From positions 1 to 64,000 of the IMG/VR virus record IMGVR_UViG_3300043220_000070: 64,000 nt of DNA; one strand, written 5' to 3'. Of this stretch, positions 34,652 to 43,051 are shown piece by piece. The notes beneath the pieces were generated by a model, which saw only the letters and a program-made list of their open reading frames with translations, was not told the DNA's origin and searched no databases. The position numbers and the translations under genes were made by a program. Every line of letters starts with the position of its first letter. The first letter of the stretch is position 1. Source of the stretch: a virus (Duplodnaviria > Caudoviricetes).

Positions 34652-35134
34652 ATGAGCTGCCACCCCACCCATTTTGAGGCACCTCCCCTACCCAACGTTC
34701 CCGAAGAGCAGGTAGAGAAGAACTGGGAGGAGTTTCGGAAGGAAGACCGCGTTGACCCGCGGGCTATCCGCCGCCAGCACCGCTTCAAGCCCGGCCACGA
34801 GCCGGATTACCTCGAACCTGAATCAGGTTGGAAGTATGTGCGGTTGGAGCAGGAGTCCGACGCGGAGCCCGACCAACTTGACCTCCTCACTGGCGGCCCT
34901 GAGAGTGGATTACCTTGCGAGCGATGTGGTACAATGACTGTGGTGGGTGGCGAGACCACCATGTGGGAAATCTACCAGCAAGAGAACGTGAGCGTAGTCA
35001 ACATCGACGACATCACCGAGAGCCGACGCCAGGAGCTTCAGGAAACGATAGTCGTCATCCTGGTGTGCCCGGAGTGCAAGCTGAAGACGCAGTGGCTCGA
35101 GGAGTTTCTGCCGCGGAAGTTGGGCCACGACTAG
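34652..35134 (+). CDS. zinc-ribbon hypothetical protein
   Basis: CERCG...VCPECK. Confidence 0.6.
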   Translation: MSCHPTHFEAPPLPNVPEEQVEKNWEEFRKEDRVDPRAIRRQHRFKPGHEPDYLEPESGWKYVRLEQESDAEPDQLDLLTGGPESGLPCERCGTMTVVGGETTMWEIYQQENVSVVNIDDITESRRQELQETIVVILVCPECKLKTQWLEEFLPRKLGHD

Positions 35135-35145
35135 GGAGGTGTGAA

Positions 35146-35379
35146 GTGAAAATCAACGTTGAGATTTCCCAGAACCAATACGTAGGGGAGCATCAGTATG
35201 TGCCTGCTCTCATCGGTCTAACCATTGCCAACCCCACAGGTGCTAAAGGCCCCCATGCTTACTTGCGCCCAGAGGTAGTCACCTTCATTGACCTCACAGC
35301 TAAACAGGCCCGCGAGCTGGCCCAGGAGCTTCTTCGTAACGTTGAGAAGGTTGAGAAGGGGGAGGTGCGGGACGGGTGA
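35146..35379 (+). CDS. hypothetical protein
   Basis: GGGAGG RBS, GTG start. Confidence 0.6.
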   Translation: MKINVEISQNQYVGEHQYVPALIGLTIANPTGAKGPHAYLRPEVVTFIDLTAKQARELAQELLRNVEKVEKGEVRDG

Positions 35380-35663
35380 CTGACGAGCTGAAAAGCCGGT
35401 TCCTAGAACTGTACCCCCCACACACCTGCGACCAGTGTGGCCTGGAGCACGTCCGTGTCCCCCACATCCACATAACTGCCCATGTGGAGGGTAAGGAGGT
35501 GCAGGTGGGTTTCGCTCCCTTCGAGCTGGTGGGAGTCGTCGAGGGCTCGGTGCGACCGGGTAAGGATACGGAATTGGACACCCCGGCCCATGTCTACGGG
35601 CTGTTTTGGGGGCCGCCCGGAGCCCAAGAGCCTGCTTACACGAGCATCCTCTACATGAATTAG
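35376..35663 (+). CDS. hypothetical protein
   Basis: GTGA overlap. Confidence 0.55.
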   Translation: MTDELKSRFLELYPPHTCDQCGLEHVRVPHIHITAHVEGKEVQVGFAPFELVGVVEGSVRPGKDTELDTPAHVYGLFWGPPGAQEPAYTSILYMN

Positions 35664-35664
35664 A

Positions 35665-35850
35665 ATGCTAGCGAAGGTAAAAGTGCGAGGTTCGCCCTAC
35701 CGGGCTGTAAAGCCGGGAGCTATTGGGGAGGTAGTGGAGGTGAAATTCCGCGACACCCGTCAGGAGCATTTCAAGGTGCGCTTCAAGGACGGTTCCCTGT
35801 GGTCGTTCTACTTCAATGAACTGGAGATACTCGATGCCTCCCAAGTGTGA
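35665..35850 (+). CDS. small SH3/KOW-like protein
   Basis: GAIGEVVEV..KVRFKDG...NELEIL. Confidence 0.6.
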   Translation: MLAKVKVRGSPYRAVKPGAIGEVVEVKFRDTRQEHFKVRFKDGSLWSFYFNELEILDASQV

Positions 35851-36280
35851 ACACAAACAGCCAACATTCCGCGCTAAGATGCACATCCCCGCCACATCGT
35901 GGCACCCACACACAGACCGGACGCTGGAGGTGAAGAAGACCACCGAGTGGGAGGCATGGGCGCACCTGATGCGCGCCACTCTTACAGCCCTTACGCATGG
36001 GAACGGCCGGCTGATGGTGGGCTATTGGGGGGATGCGTTGAACACCCTGCCACCCGAGGTGCGGACGGCGATGGTCTCCGTTCTCGCCCAGGGCTTGGGT
36101 CTGGAGATACGGCCGGCCAAGGACGTTCCCGACACCATCGAAATCACCCTTGTCCCCCGGTACCCACCGTTGGTGGGGGAGCAGAAAACGGAGTCCGGCC
36201 TGGTTCTTCCGAAGGGCGCTGGTGGGAAATCGGAATTGGTTCTTCCTAATGACCCGCGGTTCGGTAAGAAGGAGAAGTAG
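35834..36280 (+). CDS. hypothetical protein
   Basis: GGAG RBS; C-terminal ESGLVLP..SELVLP. Confidence 0.6.
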   Translation: MPPKCEHKQPTFRAKMHIPATSWHPHTDRTLEVKKTTEWEAWAHLMRATLTALTHGNGRLMVGYWGDALNTLPPEVRTAMVSVLAQGLGLEIRPAKDVPDTIEITLVPRYPPLVGEQKTESGLVLPKGAGGKSELVLPNDPRFGKKEK

Positions 36281-37429
36281 ATGGCTGACAGAATATGTGC
36301 TCTCCCCTCGTGTAACGCCCCGGCGCGTGCCCGGTCGAAGTATAGTAGTGACGCGCACCGTAAGGAAGCCGCGCGAGCTACCTACCGTACTAGGAATAGC
36401 GTGCAAGACCATCGGACGGATAAGGTCAACGGGCAGCCCATGAGCCCCGACGAGTTCCGGGAGGTAGCTGACCAGTACCTCCACGACCGTATCCCCCTTC
36501 CGGCGCCGCCGGACAAGGTGGTGGCAACTGCCATTGAAGACATGGGATTCGATACCCCCCAGCACGCCGTTGCCTGCTTCTCTGACTACCACTTTGGTGG
36601 CAAGGTAGACCCACAGGTGACGGGGGGGATTGGCGGGTACGATGTCGCCACAGCCCGCTACCGGCTCCTCGACTGGAGGGATGGTGTCCTACGGTTCACC
36701 CAGATGATGCAGGCCCTCATGCCCGTCCCTGAGCTCCACATCCTCGCTCTCGGCGACGACATGGAGGGGAACGGCCACATGTTCCCGACTCAGGCCCTCC
36801 AAATGGAGATTTCGGCCTACTTCCAGTACCTGGGTTTCGTAGAGGACATGACGGAGGTCTTGGTCTCCTTCCTCCAGAGGTTCGAGAAGGTGCACATTTA
36901 TAAAGTTTTCGGCAACCACGGGCGCCTGTCCAGCTCAAAAAAGGAGAGCTTTGACCCCGATAACTTCGAGCTGATGGCCTGGCAGACCATTGCGGCACGA
37001 GTAGAGGCCGCGGTGCCGGGGCGCTTCACGTTCGACATTAGTCCTGCGTTCTTCATGCTGGTCGACATCCTGGGGTGGGAATTCTACCTCCGGCATGGTG
37101 ATGGAGTGAACCTACGCGCGACCTACACCGGGGCTCTCGACACGAAGTTGGCGACAAACAGCATCGTGGGGAAGGTCATTCCCTACATGGTGCTGGGCCA
37201 CCACCACACCGCCACGGAGGATGAGGCGGAAATCGACGGGGACATCATCTCCAATGGTTGCTTCGTCGGGCCTTCTCTACTGGCACTACGGATGCGCCGG
37301 CCGCGGGCTAATCGCCCCAGTCAGGAGGTCTTCTTCATCCACCCCCGTAAGGGCATCACCCACCGCCACCGGGTTCATCTCGCCACCCGGGAGGAAGTCC
37401 GCCAAATCAACACCATTAAGCGCACCTAG
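36281..37429 (+). CDS. calcineurin-like metallophosphoesterase
   Basis: SDYHFG, LGDDMEG, GNHGR, HGD, GHHH motifs. Confidence 0.85.
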   Translation: MADRICALPSCNAPARARSKYSSDAHRKEAARATYRTRNSVQDHRTDKVNGQPMSPDEFREVADQYLHDRIPLPAPPDKVVATAIEDMGFDTPQHAVACFSDYHFGGKVDPQVTGGIGGYDVATARYRLLDWRDGVLRFTQMMQALMPVPELHILALGDDMEGNGHMFPTQALQMEISAYFQYLGFVEDMTEVLVSFLQRFEKVHIYKVFGNHGRLSSSKKESFDPDNFELMAWQTIAARVEAAVPGRFTFDISPAFFMLVDILGWEFYLRHGDGVNLRATYTGALDTKLATNSIVGKVIPYMVLGHHHTATEDEAEIDGDIISNGCFVGPSLLALRMRRPRANRPSQEVFFIHPRKGITHRHRVHLATREEVRQINTIKRT

Positions 37430-37479
37430 AGGTGAAACGTCTGGCGCAAGGATGCGTTGTACTGGGAGAGGAGGTGCAT

Positions 37480-37869
37480 ATGGAAGGCTTTTTGTATATC
37501 GCAGGCCCCTACCGTGGGCCGCGTGGTACCCACGACCACTCTGAATACTTCGCAGTCGACGCCAACATCAACAAAGCCCGCGAATGGGCAGCGAAGTTTG
37601 CCCGTGCGGGTATACCCTTCTTCTGTCCCCATACAAACAGTGCCCATTGCGAGGTCATCACTCCCGATGTGCCCGCCGACTTCTGGTTGGCGATGGACTT
37701 GAACATTCTCGTTTCTGCAAGGGCTCTCTTTCTCATCCCAGATTGGACGCTCAGCGCCGGCGCCTTGGCAGAGCACCGGTTTGCGGCTGAGCATCGAATC
37801 CCTACCTTCTTTTACGACGGTTTTGATGCCCTCCTACAGTGGTGGAAGGAGGAACCATCCGATGACTGA
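37480..37869 (+). CDS. DUF4406/DUF1937 nucleoside-deoxyribosyltransferase-fold protein
   Basis: LYIAGPY..PFFCPH..W..SAGALAE. Confidence 0.75.
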   Translation: MEGFLYIAGPYRGPRGTHDHSEYFAVDANINKAREWAAKFARAGIPFFCPHTNSAHCEVITPDVPADFWLAMDLNILVSARALFLIPDWTLSAGALAEHRFAAEHRIPTFFYDGFDALLQWWKEEPSDD

Positions 37870-38050
37870 TATGTACATTCGTCTCACATACGACGAGTAC
37901 AAAGCCCTGGAGGAAGCACTGAAGAATTTCGCCGCGCTGGAGAAGACACACACCTCCGGCGACAAAGACGAGATGTTCTACCACTGTTCCTTCCGCATCC
38001 CCCTGGGAAGCCTCACCCTAGAGGTACACGGCCCGCTCGTGAAGCCCTAA
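37862..38050 (+). CDS. small hypothetical protein
   Basis: GGAGG RBS. Confidence 0.55.
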   Translation: MTDMYIRLTYDEYKALEEALKNFAALEKTHTSGDKDEMFYHCSFRIPLGSLTLEVHGPLVKP

Positions 38051-38052
38051 CC

Positions 38053-38475
38053 ATGAAGCTCTACTTAATTGGGTCGTTGAGGAACCCCCAAGTCCCCCTG
38101 CTCGGCAAGCGCATCCGAGCCCTAGGCTTCGACGTATTTGATGAGTGGTTCGGAGCTGGGAGGGATGCAGATAAATCCTGGCAGGCTTATGAGGAGACTC
38201 GTGGGCGACACTATGGAGAGGCACTTTATGGCCGGGCAGCCGTGAACACCTTCCAGTTCGACCTTCGCAACCTAAACAACTCCGACCTCGGCGTCTTACT
38301 GCTACCTGCTGGGAAATCGGGCCATCTCGAGCTGGGGTACCTCATCGGACAAGGCAAGCCGGGCTTCGTCCTTTTCCCTGAAGTGCCAGCTCATTGGGAC
38401 TTGATGTATCAATTCGCTCAGGGGGTGTTCTTCCATCCAGACGCCCTTCTGCACACACTGAAGGAGTTCCTATGA
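38053..38475 (+). CDS. nucleoside 2-deoxyribosyltransferase-like N-glycosidase
   Basis: LYLIGS..FDL..L..SD..VLLLPAGKSGHLELGY (catalytic Glu retained). Confidence 0.8.
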   Translation: MKLYLIGSLRNPQVPLLGKRIRALGFDVFDEWFGAGRDADKSWQAYEETRGRHYGEALYGRAAVNTFQFDLRNLNNSDLGVLLLPAGKSGHLELGYLIGQGKPGFVLFPEVPAHWDLMYQFAQGVFFHPDALLHTLKEFL

Positions 38476-38804
38476 CCTACCCCTCACTCAACGCTCTTGC
38501 CGCAGAAATACACCAGACTGCCAAGGAGAAAGGCTGGTGGGAGGATGATTCCCGCAGCTTTGGTGTACAACTCGCCCTAATGCACAGCGAATTGTCTGAA
38601 GCGCTGGAGGCTTGGCGGGAACATCACTCTTGGTTCTACCTCCAGGATGGTAAGCCCGAGGGTATTGGAGTCGAGTTGGTGGACTGCATAATCCGCATTC
38701 TAGACACCCTCCAAGCTAATAGCGTAGACATCGACGTGGTTATACGGGCCAAGATGGATTACAATAAGACAAGGCCCTGGAAGCACGGAGGTAAAAGAGC
38801 ATGA
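38472..38804 (+). CDS. MazG-like nucleotide pyrophosphohydrolase
   Basis: LALMHSELSEALEAWR..KPEGIGVELVDCIIRILD. Confidence 0.88.
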   Translation: MTYPSLNALAAEIHQTAKEKGWWEDDSRSFGVQLALMHSELSEALEAWREHHSWFYLQDGKPEGIGVELVDCIIRILDTLQANSVDIDVVIRAKMDYNKTRPWKHGGKRA

Positions 38805-39826
38805 GAGCCGTCGACAGCAGTTACGACTTACTCACATGGGCGGAAGCCCGTTGCCTGAAGGAGAACGGGTGGCCCCTGTTCGTACAGTGTCTCTTGGCAC
38901 TCCCCCGCACCGGGCCGGAGCAACCTAGGTATCGCATCGCCAGCCTGCGGAACGCTCAGCAGGAGCACCTATCCATTGCGGCGTACATCGTCATAGGCTC
39001 CACCCTACCCGGGGCTAAGTATGTCGACCTGGCGCGCGCGGGAGTACCCAACGACCTCTGGGATGCTTTGAAGTTCGTTGCCGTCGACGTAGAGGTACCG
39101 GGAATTCAGGCAGAAGAGATTTGGGGGGCTCTTACGCGCCTGCAAGAGCTTGGCAAAGACTGGGCCATTTCTCACGAGGACGTTTCCGAAGCCGGTATCT
39201 ACACGAGCTACAACATCTGGTTGAACTACGTCTCTCCGTCCAACCCTATGGGTTTCTCTGGGGCCGGCGTCTGGCTTTGGAACGGCTATTGGGACGGAGA
39301 CCCTGATGTGGACTTTGCCTCTCTACCTTTTGGAGGTTGGACATCCGAACAGGTGGCGTTGGAGCAATGGTCGGGGGGCACCCACATCTGCGGCCAGTTC
39401 GTAGACCGCAACACCATCGTACATCCCGAACTCATAGGCTTAGGAGGAGGTGACCACATGCCAACACCGGAATACAACGAGTTGAAGCAACGTCTTGACG
39501 ACCTACTGGCCGGCGGTGCGGCCGCGGCTGCGCAGCTAGACGAGCGTCTCAAGGGGGTGGAGGACGGTACCCTTGAGGTACCCATCTGGCCGGTGGGGGA
39601 GGTAGCCCTTACAGTGGTGAGGCACCGGGGCTACCACTCCCCGAACCAGATAGAGAAGCTCACGGCCGCTGTGGTGGAGGCCCGGGGCGCTCTGGAGACG
39701 CACATCAAGATGCACAACCAGAGTGGTGGGGCGATAGACCGGGACGCCGGCGCGTTCCTGGGGCGGATGGCCGACATTCTAGACGAGTTAGAGCAGGAGG
39801 TACGGAACCTTGCGAGCACTCAGTAG
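38801..39826 (+). CDS. GH25 lysozyme-type endolysin with C-terminal helical extension
   Basis: N-terminal AVDSS, VDVE (DxE) motif, YTS..W, LW..YW, QWS. Confidence 0.75.
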   Translation: MRAVDSSYDLLTWAEARCLKENGWPLFVQCLLALPRTGPEQPRYRIASLRNAQQEHLSIAAYIVIGSTLPGAKYVDLARAGVPNDLWDALKFVAVDVEVPGIQAEEIWGALTRLQELGKDWAISHEDVSEAGIYTSYNIWLNYVSPSNPMGFSGAGVWLWNGYWDGDPDVDFASLPFGGWTSEQVALEQWSGGTHICGQFVDRNTIVHPELIGLGGGDHMPTPEYNELKQRLDDLLAGGAAAAAQLDERLKGVEDGTLEVPIWPVGEVALTVVRHRGYHSPNQIEKLTAAVVEARGALETHIKMHNQSGGAIDRDAGAFLGRMADILDELEQEVRNLASTQ

Positions 39827-39850
39827 CCACATCGACGAGATTGAACGCTA

Positions 39851-40345
39851 ATGCCCGGCCTGTGTCCAGCCAACTGTGGTAGCACAGGGGGTTGCCCTCG
39901 CTGCAACCCCACCCTCAACGTACCGATTGAGCCCGCTCCTTCCGACAAGGCGGGTAACACGGTGCTTTTTACCCACTTCGTAGGCGACGACTGCCCCGGG
40001 GGTCACACCCCCAAGAGTGAAGGCCACCCAGGAAGTGCCCGCTTCCACGCCATCCTTCGTGAGTTAGGGGAGCTGCACGATAAGAAGCAGCAGGACTACG
40101 GCACCGCTGCCGACCCGTTCGCTAATGTCCGGGGAAGTAAGGAGTGGGGGATAGAGCCCTGGATTGGAGCTCTCGTGCGGGCCACGGACAAGCTGAAGCG
40201 ACTACAGAAGTTCGCCCGAGAAGGCAGGCTGGCTAATGAACCAGTGTTAGACAGCTTTCGGGACATGGCTGTATACACCATCATCGCCCTCGTTCTCTAC
40301 GAGGAGACACCAAAGGAGGTACCTAATGACTCAGAAACCGAATAG
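39851..40345 (+). CDS. DUF1599 / nucleotide-modification-associated domain 1 protein
   Basis: LHDKKQQDYG..PFAN..DKLKRL..DSFRDMAVY. Confidence 0.82.
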   Translation: MPGLCPANCGSTGGCPRCNPTLNVPIEPAPSDKAGNTVLFTHFVGDDCPGGHTPKSEGHPGSARFHAILRELGELHDKKQQDYGTAADPFANVRGSKEWGIEPWIGALVRATDKLKRLQKFAREGRLANEPVLDSFRDMAVYTIIALVLYEETPKEVPNDSETE

Positions 40346-40685
40346 CGACCAGTCCGGTCGTGCCACACGCCGGCGCGAAGAGCAGGAAGTGACGAGGGCG
40401 CAAAGAACGGTGGCCCGGGCTCAGGCCCAACCACGACCTGTTGAGGGGGGATTGAATATATCCATCGACGACCTGCTGCGTAAGATTGGTGTCCTGACGG
40501 TGGAGCGGGATGCTATGCAACTACAGATAACACAGCAGCAGACACAGATAACCCAGCAGCAGGCACAGATAGAGCGCCTACTGGCGACTCTTAACCCTCA
40601 GGGGGAAGAGGCGGAGGAGGAGACCCAGGAGGAGCCAAAGGAGGAGCTAACGGAAGAGGCGCCGGAGGCCGAGCCTCTTGACTAG
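40326..40685 (+). CDS. coiled-coil protein
   Basis: AGGAGG RBS; Gln-rich coil and acidic tail; its stop overlaps the convergent gene's stop. Confidence 0.65.
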   Translation: MTQKPNSDQSGRATRRREEQEVTRAQRTVARAQAQPRPVEGGLNISIDDLLRKIGVLTVERDAMQLQITQQQTQITQQQAQIERLLATLNPQGEEAEEETQEEPKEELTEEAPEAEPLD

Positions 40686-40921
40686 AGTACGAACTGCCTG
40701 ATAACTTCTGCAATGGCGGCGAGGACGGCGAGCACGGCTCCAATGCTCACCGTCCTCTTCACTTCCGAGGTGCGCCCATGATGATTTTTGGTATGGGTCT
40801 GGAGATGATTCAGAACGAGCTGAAGCATGTCGGCGTCGTCGCCATGCCGCTCTTCATGCCGCGCGGCCCACGCCCGTAGCTCCTTCATGTCGTTCTCTAG
40901 CCGGGTGAGTTGGTCAGCCAC
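40682..40921 (-). CDS. holin-like protein (coiled coil + C-terminal TM)
   Basis: XhlA-like architecture. Confidence 0.55.
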   Translation of the reverse strand: MADQLTRLENDMKELRAWAARHEERHGDDADMLQLVLNHLQTHTKNHHGRTSEVKRTVSIGAVLAVLAAIAEVIRQFVL

Positions 40922-41124
40922 TACACTACTTCCTCTATCAACTTATCGACACGCTTCCAGACTTGAGCGCCCTCGAACGTACAGAGAGCGGCGAGGAAGG
41001 CCGACGGGAGCAGCTTCCAGTATCGTTTCTGTTCGATACCCCATAGAGCCCATTCCGCTGAGGTTGCGGCGAAGACAACGCCGGCTAGGGCGGAGAAGCA
41101 GCCTCTGACGATTTGTTCCTTCAT
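40921..41124 (-). CDS. two-TM holin-like protein
   Basis: Two hydrophobic helices; ATG lies 6 nt after TATAAT (41131-41136). Confidence 0.55.
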   Translation of the reverse strand: MKEQIVRGCFSALAGVVFAATSAEWALWGIEQKRYWKLLPSAFLAALCTFEGAQVWKRVDKLIEEVV

Positions 41125-41285
41125 GGTCTTATTATACTCTATCCTATGGGAGCCACGACAGCACCAACAACATCACCCGACCACCGTCCCGAATCCGCGC
41201 GGCACGGCGGCTATGGGAGCCGCAGGAGCGCCGAACAGCAGTCTCGCAAATTCATCGTCGAACAGCAGGAAGGCACGTCGCCGCT

Positions 41286-41963
41286 TCATGCGCTGGAGTC
41301 CCTTCCGATGGGCTGATACCACGTCCGCGTAGAGCCGTCAATCGTCGCCGACACCTTCGCCACGTAGCCGTCGCCAGCGACAATCCGCTCAGCACCTGTC
41401 GCCTCATCCCACTTGTACAGGCCCAGCGCCCCAATCTGCGCCAGCGTTTCGATGCCGTCCCCACCCTGGTCGAGAAGGTTACTACCGTCGGATGATTTGT
41501 AGACACGAATGGTTGGACTTGTGATTCCCGATACGACGGGCTCCGAGTTCTTATAGAAGACCACAAGGTAGCGGTCGGTGGTACTGTTCTCGTCATCCAA
41601 GAGCCACACCTTAGCCTGATAGCTATCCCCCGGGTCGTCCAGGTCAAAGGCGTGCTGGGCGCTGGCGTTACCGTAGGTATCAACAAGGGCGGATTGGTCT
41701 TCCCAGACCTTCGTGGCCGAGTCGATGATGGTAACGACGATGCGAGCGGCCTGCATCTCGGTTGCGGTGAGCGTTATTGAGTAGATGCCGTTGCCTTCGT
41801 GGACGAAGGCGTTTGACGTGTTGGCGAAGGAGCCCTCGTCCTTGCTGATTTTGGTGTCACCGCTGGCGTGGCTCGCACTACCCTCAAAGTCCACTGCGTC
41901 CCGTGTGATGAGCGGAAACAGAATTTTGGTCTCTACTCCATACTTCCTCAACTCAGCCATCAT
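41286..41963 (-). CDS. virion structural protein
   Basis: In the tail operon; KISKDEG..GNGIYSITLTATEM pattern. Confidence 0.65.
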   Translation of the reverse strand: MMAELRKYGVETKILFPLITRDAVDFEGSASHASGDTKISKDEGSFANTSNAFVHEGNGIYSITLTATEMQAARIVVTIIDSATKVWEDQSALVDTYGNASAQHAFDLDDPGDSYQAKVWLLDDENSTTDRYLVVFYKNSEPVVSGITSPTIRVYKSSDGSNLLDQGGDGIETLAQIGALGLYKWDEATGAERIVAGDGYVAKVSATIDGSTRTWYQPIGRDSSA

Positions 41964-42610
41964 GTTCCTCCACGCTCAAAGCCTCTTTGAAACCCCCGCA
42001 GGAAGCCGCGTCCTGGATGGCGGTGCAACCCAATCGGGTCGCCGCTGTGGTCGACTACCAGCCGCCATCTACCGCCCCCCGTCGATTCCTTCGAGTGCCA
42101 ATTGACGTACTTGGTCGTGCCTGGGTCTTCGTCGTCGGCCCTCATAATCAGCGAGACGAGACCACTGCGCAGGCTGAGAGCATCCGTCACGAAGCTTCCC
42201 ATGCCGCTAATCTCATGGCGGCCCGTGCTGCTTGTTTCGGTCAGTGTCTTTGGTGTCGGTGTGGTCTCGTCAAGGTCTCCTCCCTCGCTCGTCCAGGTGT
42301 TGGCGCCGTCGTACTTGTTCCAGGTCACGCCGCCCTCCGTCCAGGTCGAGGGGCGAGTGCAACGGTAGATAGTGGCCGCCCAGCCCCCTCCTTGGACGGA
42401 GAATATGTAGCGCACAAGCTTGGCGCTGTTGATGGTTCGACCGGAGAGGGCGGACACGTCGAAGTTCACGATGGCCCGAAACAGGAGCGTCTTGATTTCA
42501 CCAGCATAGAACACGCCCCAGTCGCACGTCCCACCGGCTCCGTAGTTCACGTCGGGGTCTTCCATGTTCATCTCGGAATCAATCTCAGGCGGTGCGGTGT
42601 AGATGGACAT
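41960..42610 (-). CDS. DNRLRE/CBM96-domain protein
   Basis: RAIVNFDVSALSG.TINSAKL..Y..WTEGGVTWN. Confidence 0.8.
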   Translation of the reverse strand: MSIYTAPPEIDSEMNMEDPDVNYGAGGTCDWGVFYAGEIKTLLFRAIVNFDVSALSGRTINSAKLVRYIFSVQGGGWAATIYRCTRPSTWTEGGVTWNKYDGANTWTSEGGDLDETTPTPKTLTETSSTGRHEISGMGSFVTDALSLRSGLVSLIMRADDEDPGTTKYVNWHSKESTGGGRWRLVVDHSGDPIGLHRHPGRGFLRGFQRGFERGGT

Positions 42611-43051
42611 CTACGTCACCGCCTTCAACTGGGCCAGGAAGTCCCGCAGGTTGCCCGCATAGCGCCACTGTACGGGCTTACCCGTTGTCGGGTTCCATCC
42701 CGACGGCTCGCCGTCCATACCGAAGGTATCCTTGAAGTGGCGCGTGAGCCGCGCGCTCCTAACCTGGCTCATGCCAATCTCAAAGCCGTGCTCGATGGCA
42801 TACTCGACCGCACTGATGATGAGGCCGTGGAACACGTCCCAGCGGCGGGCATCCTTCAGCAGCACCGGCCCTAGGTAAGCCTCCTCACCCGCCGTGGGCA
42901 AAACGCCCACCGTAACACCAATTATCTCACCACCCTCCTCAGCCACCCGAACGCAGGTGTTGGGTGAGTCTAGACCCCTAGCGTCGCCCAGCAGCGGGAG
43001 CACCTTCGGGAGGTCATCGGGCTGGTAGGGCCGGATTCTTGCGGGACTCAT
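42611..43051 (-). CDS. GNAT-family acetyltransferase-like protein
   Basis: IRPYQPDDL..VAEEGGEIIG..GLIISAVEYAIEHGF; translationally coupled to the tail fibre gene. Confidence 0.7.
   Translation of the reverse strand: MSPARIRPYQPDDLPKVLPLLGDARGLDSPNTCVRVAEEGGEIIGVTVGVLPTAGEEAYLGPVLLKDARRWDVFHGLIISAVEYAIEHGFEIGMSQVRSARLTRHFKDTFGMDGEPSGWNPTTGKPVQWRYAGNLRDFLAQLKAVT

Noticed and set aside
35813-36592. Long antisense ORFs (also 58023-59192 +, 41987-42874 +, 50796-51716 +, 27955-28770 -)
   Set aside because: Shadow frames of GC-rich genes on the opposite strand; no RBS or recognisable motifs.
36281-40345. 2-aminoadenine (Z) or 7-deazaguanine genome
   Set aside because: No PurZ, DatZ-type HD, QueC/D/E, FolE or DpdA gene in the window; MazG alone is not diagnostic.
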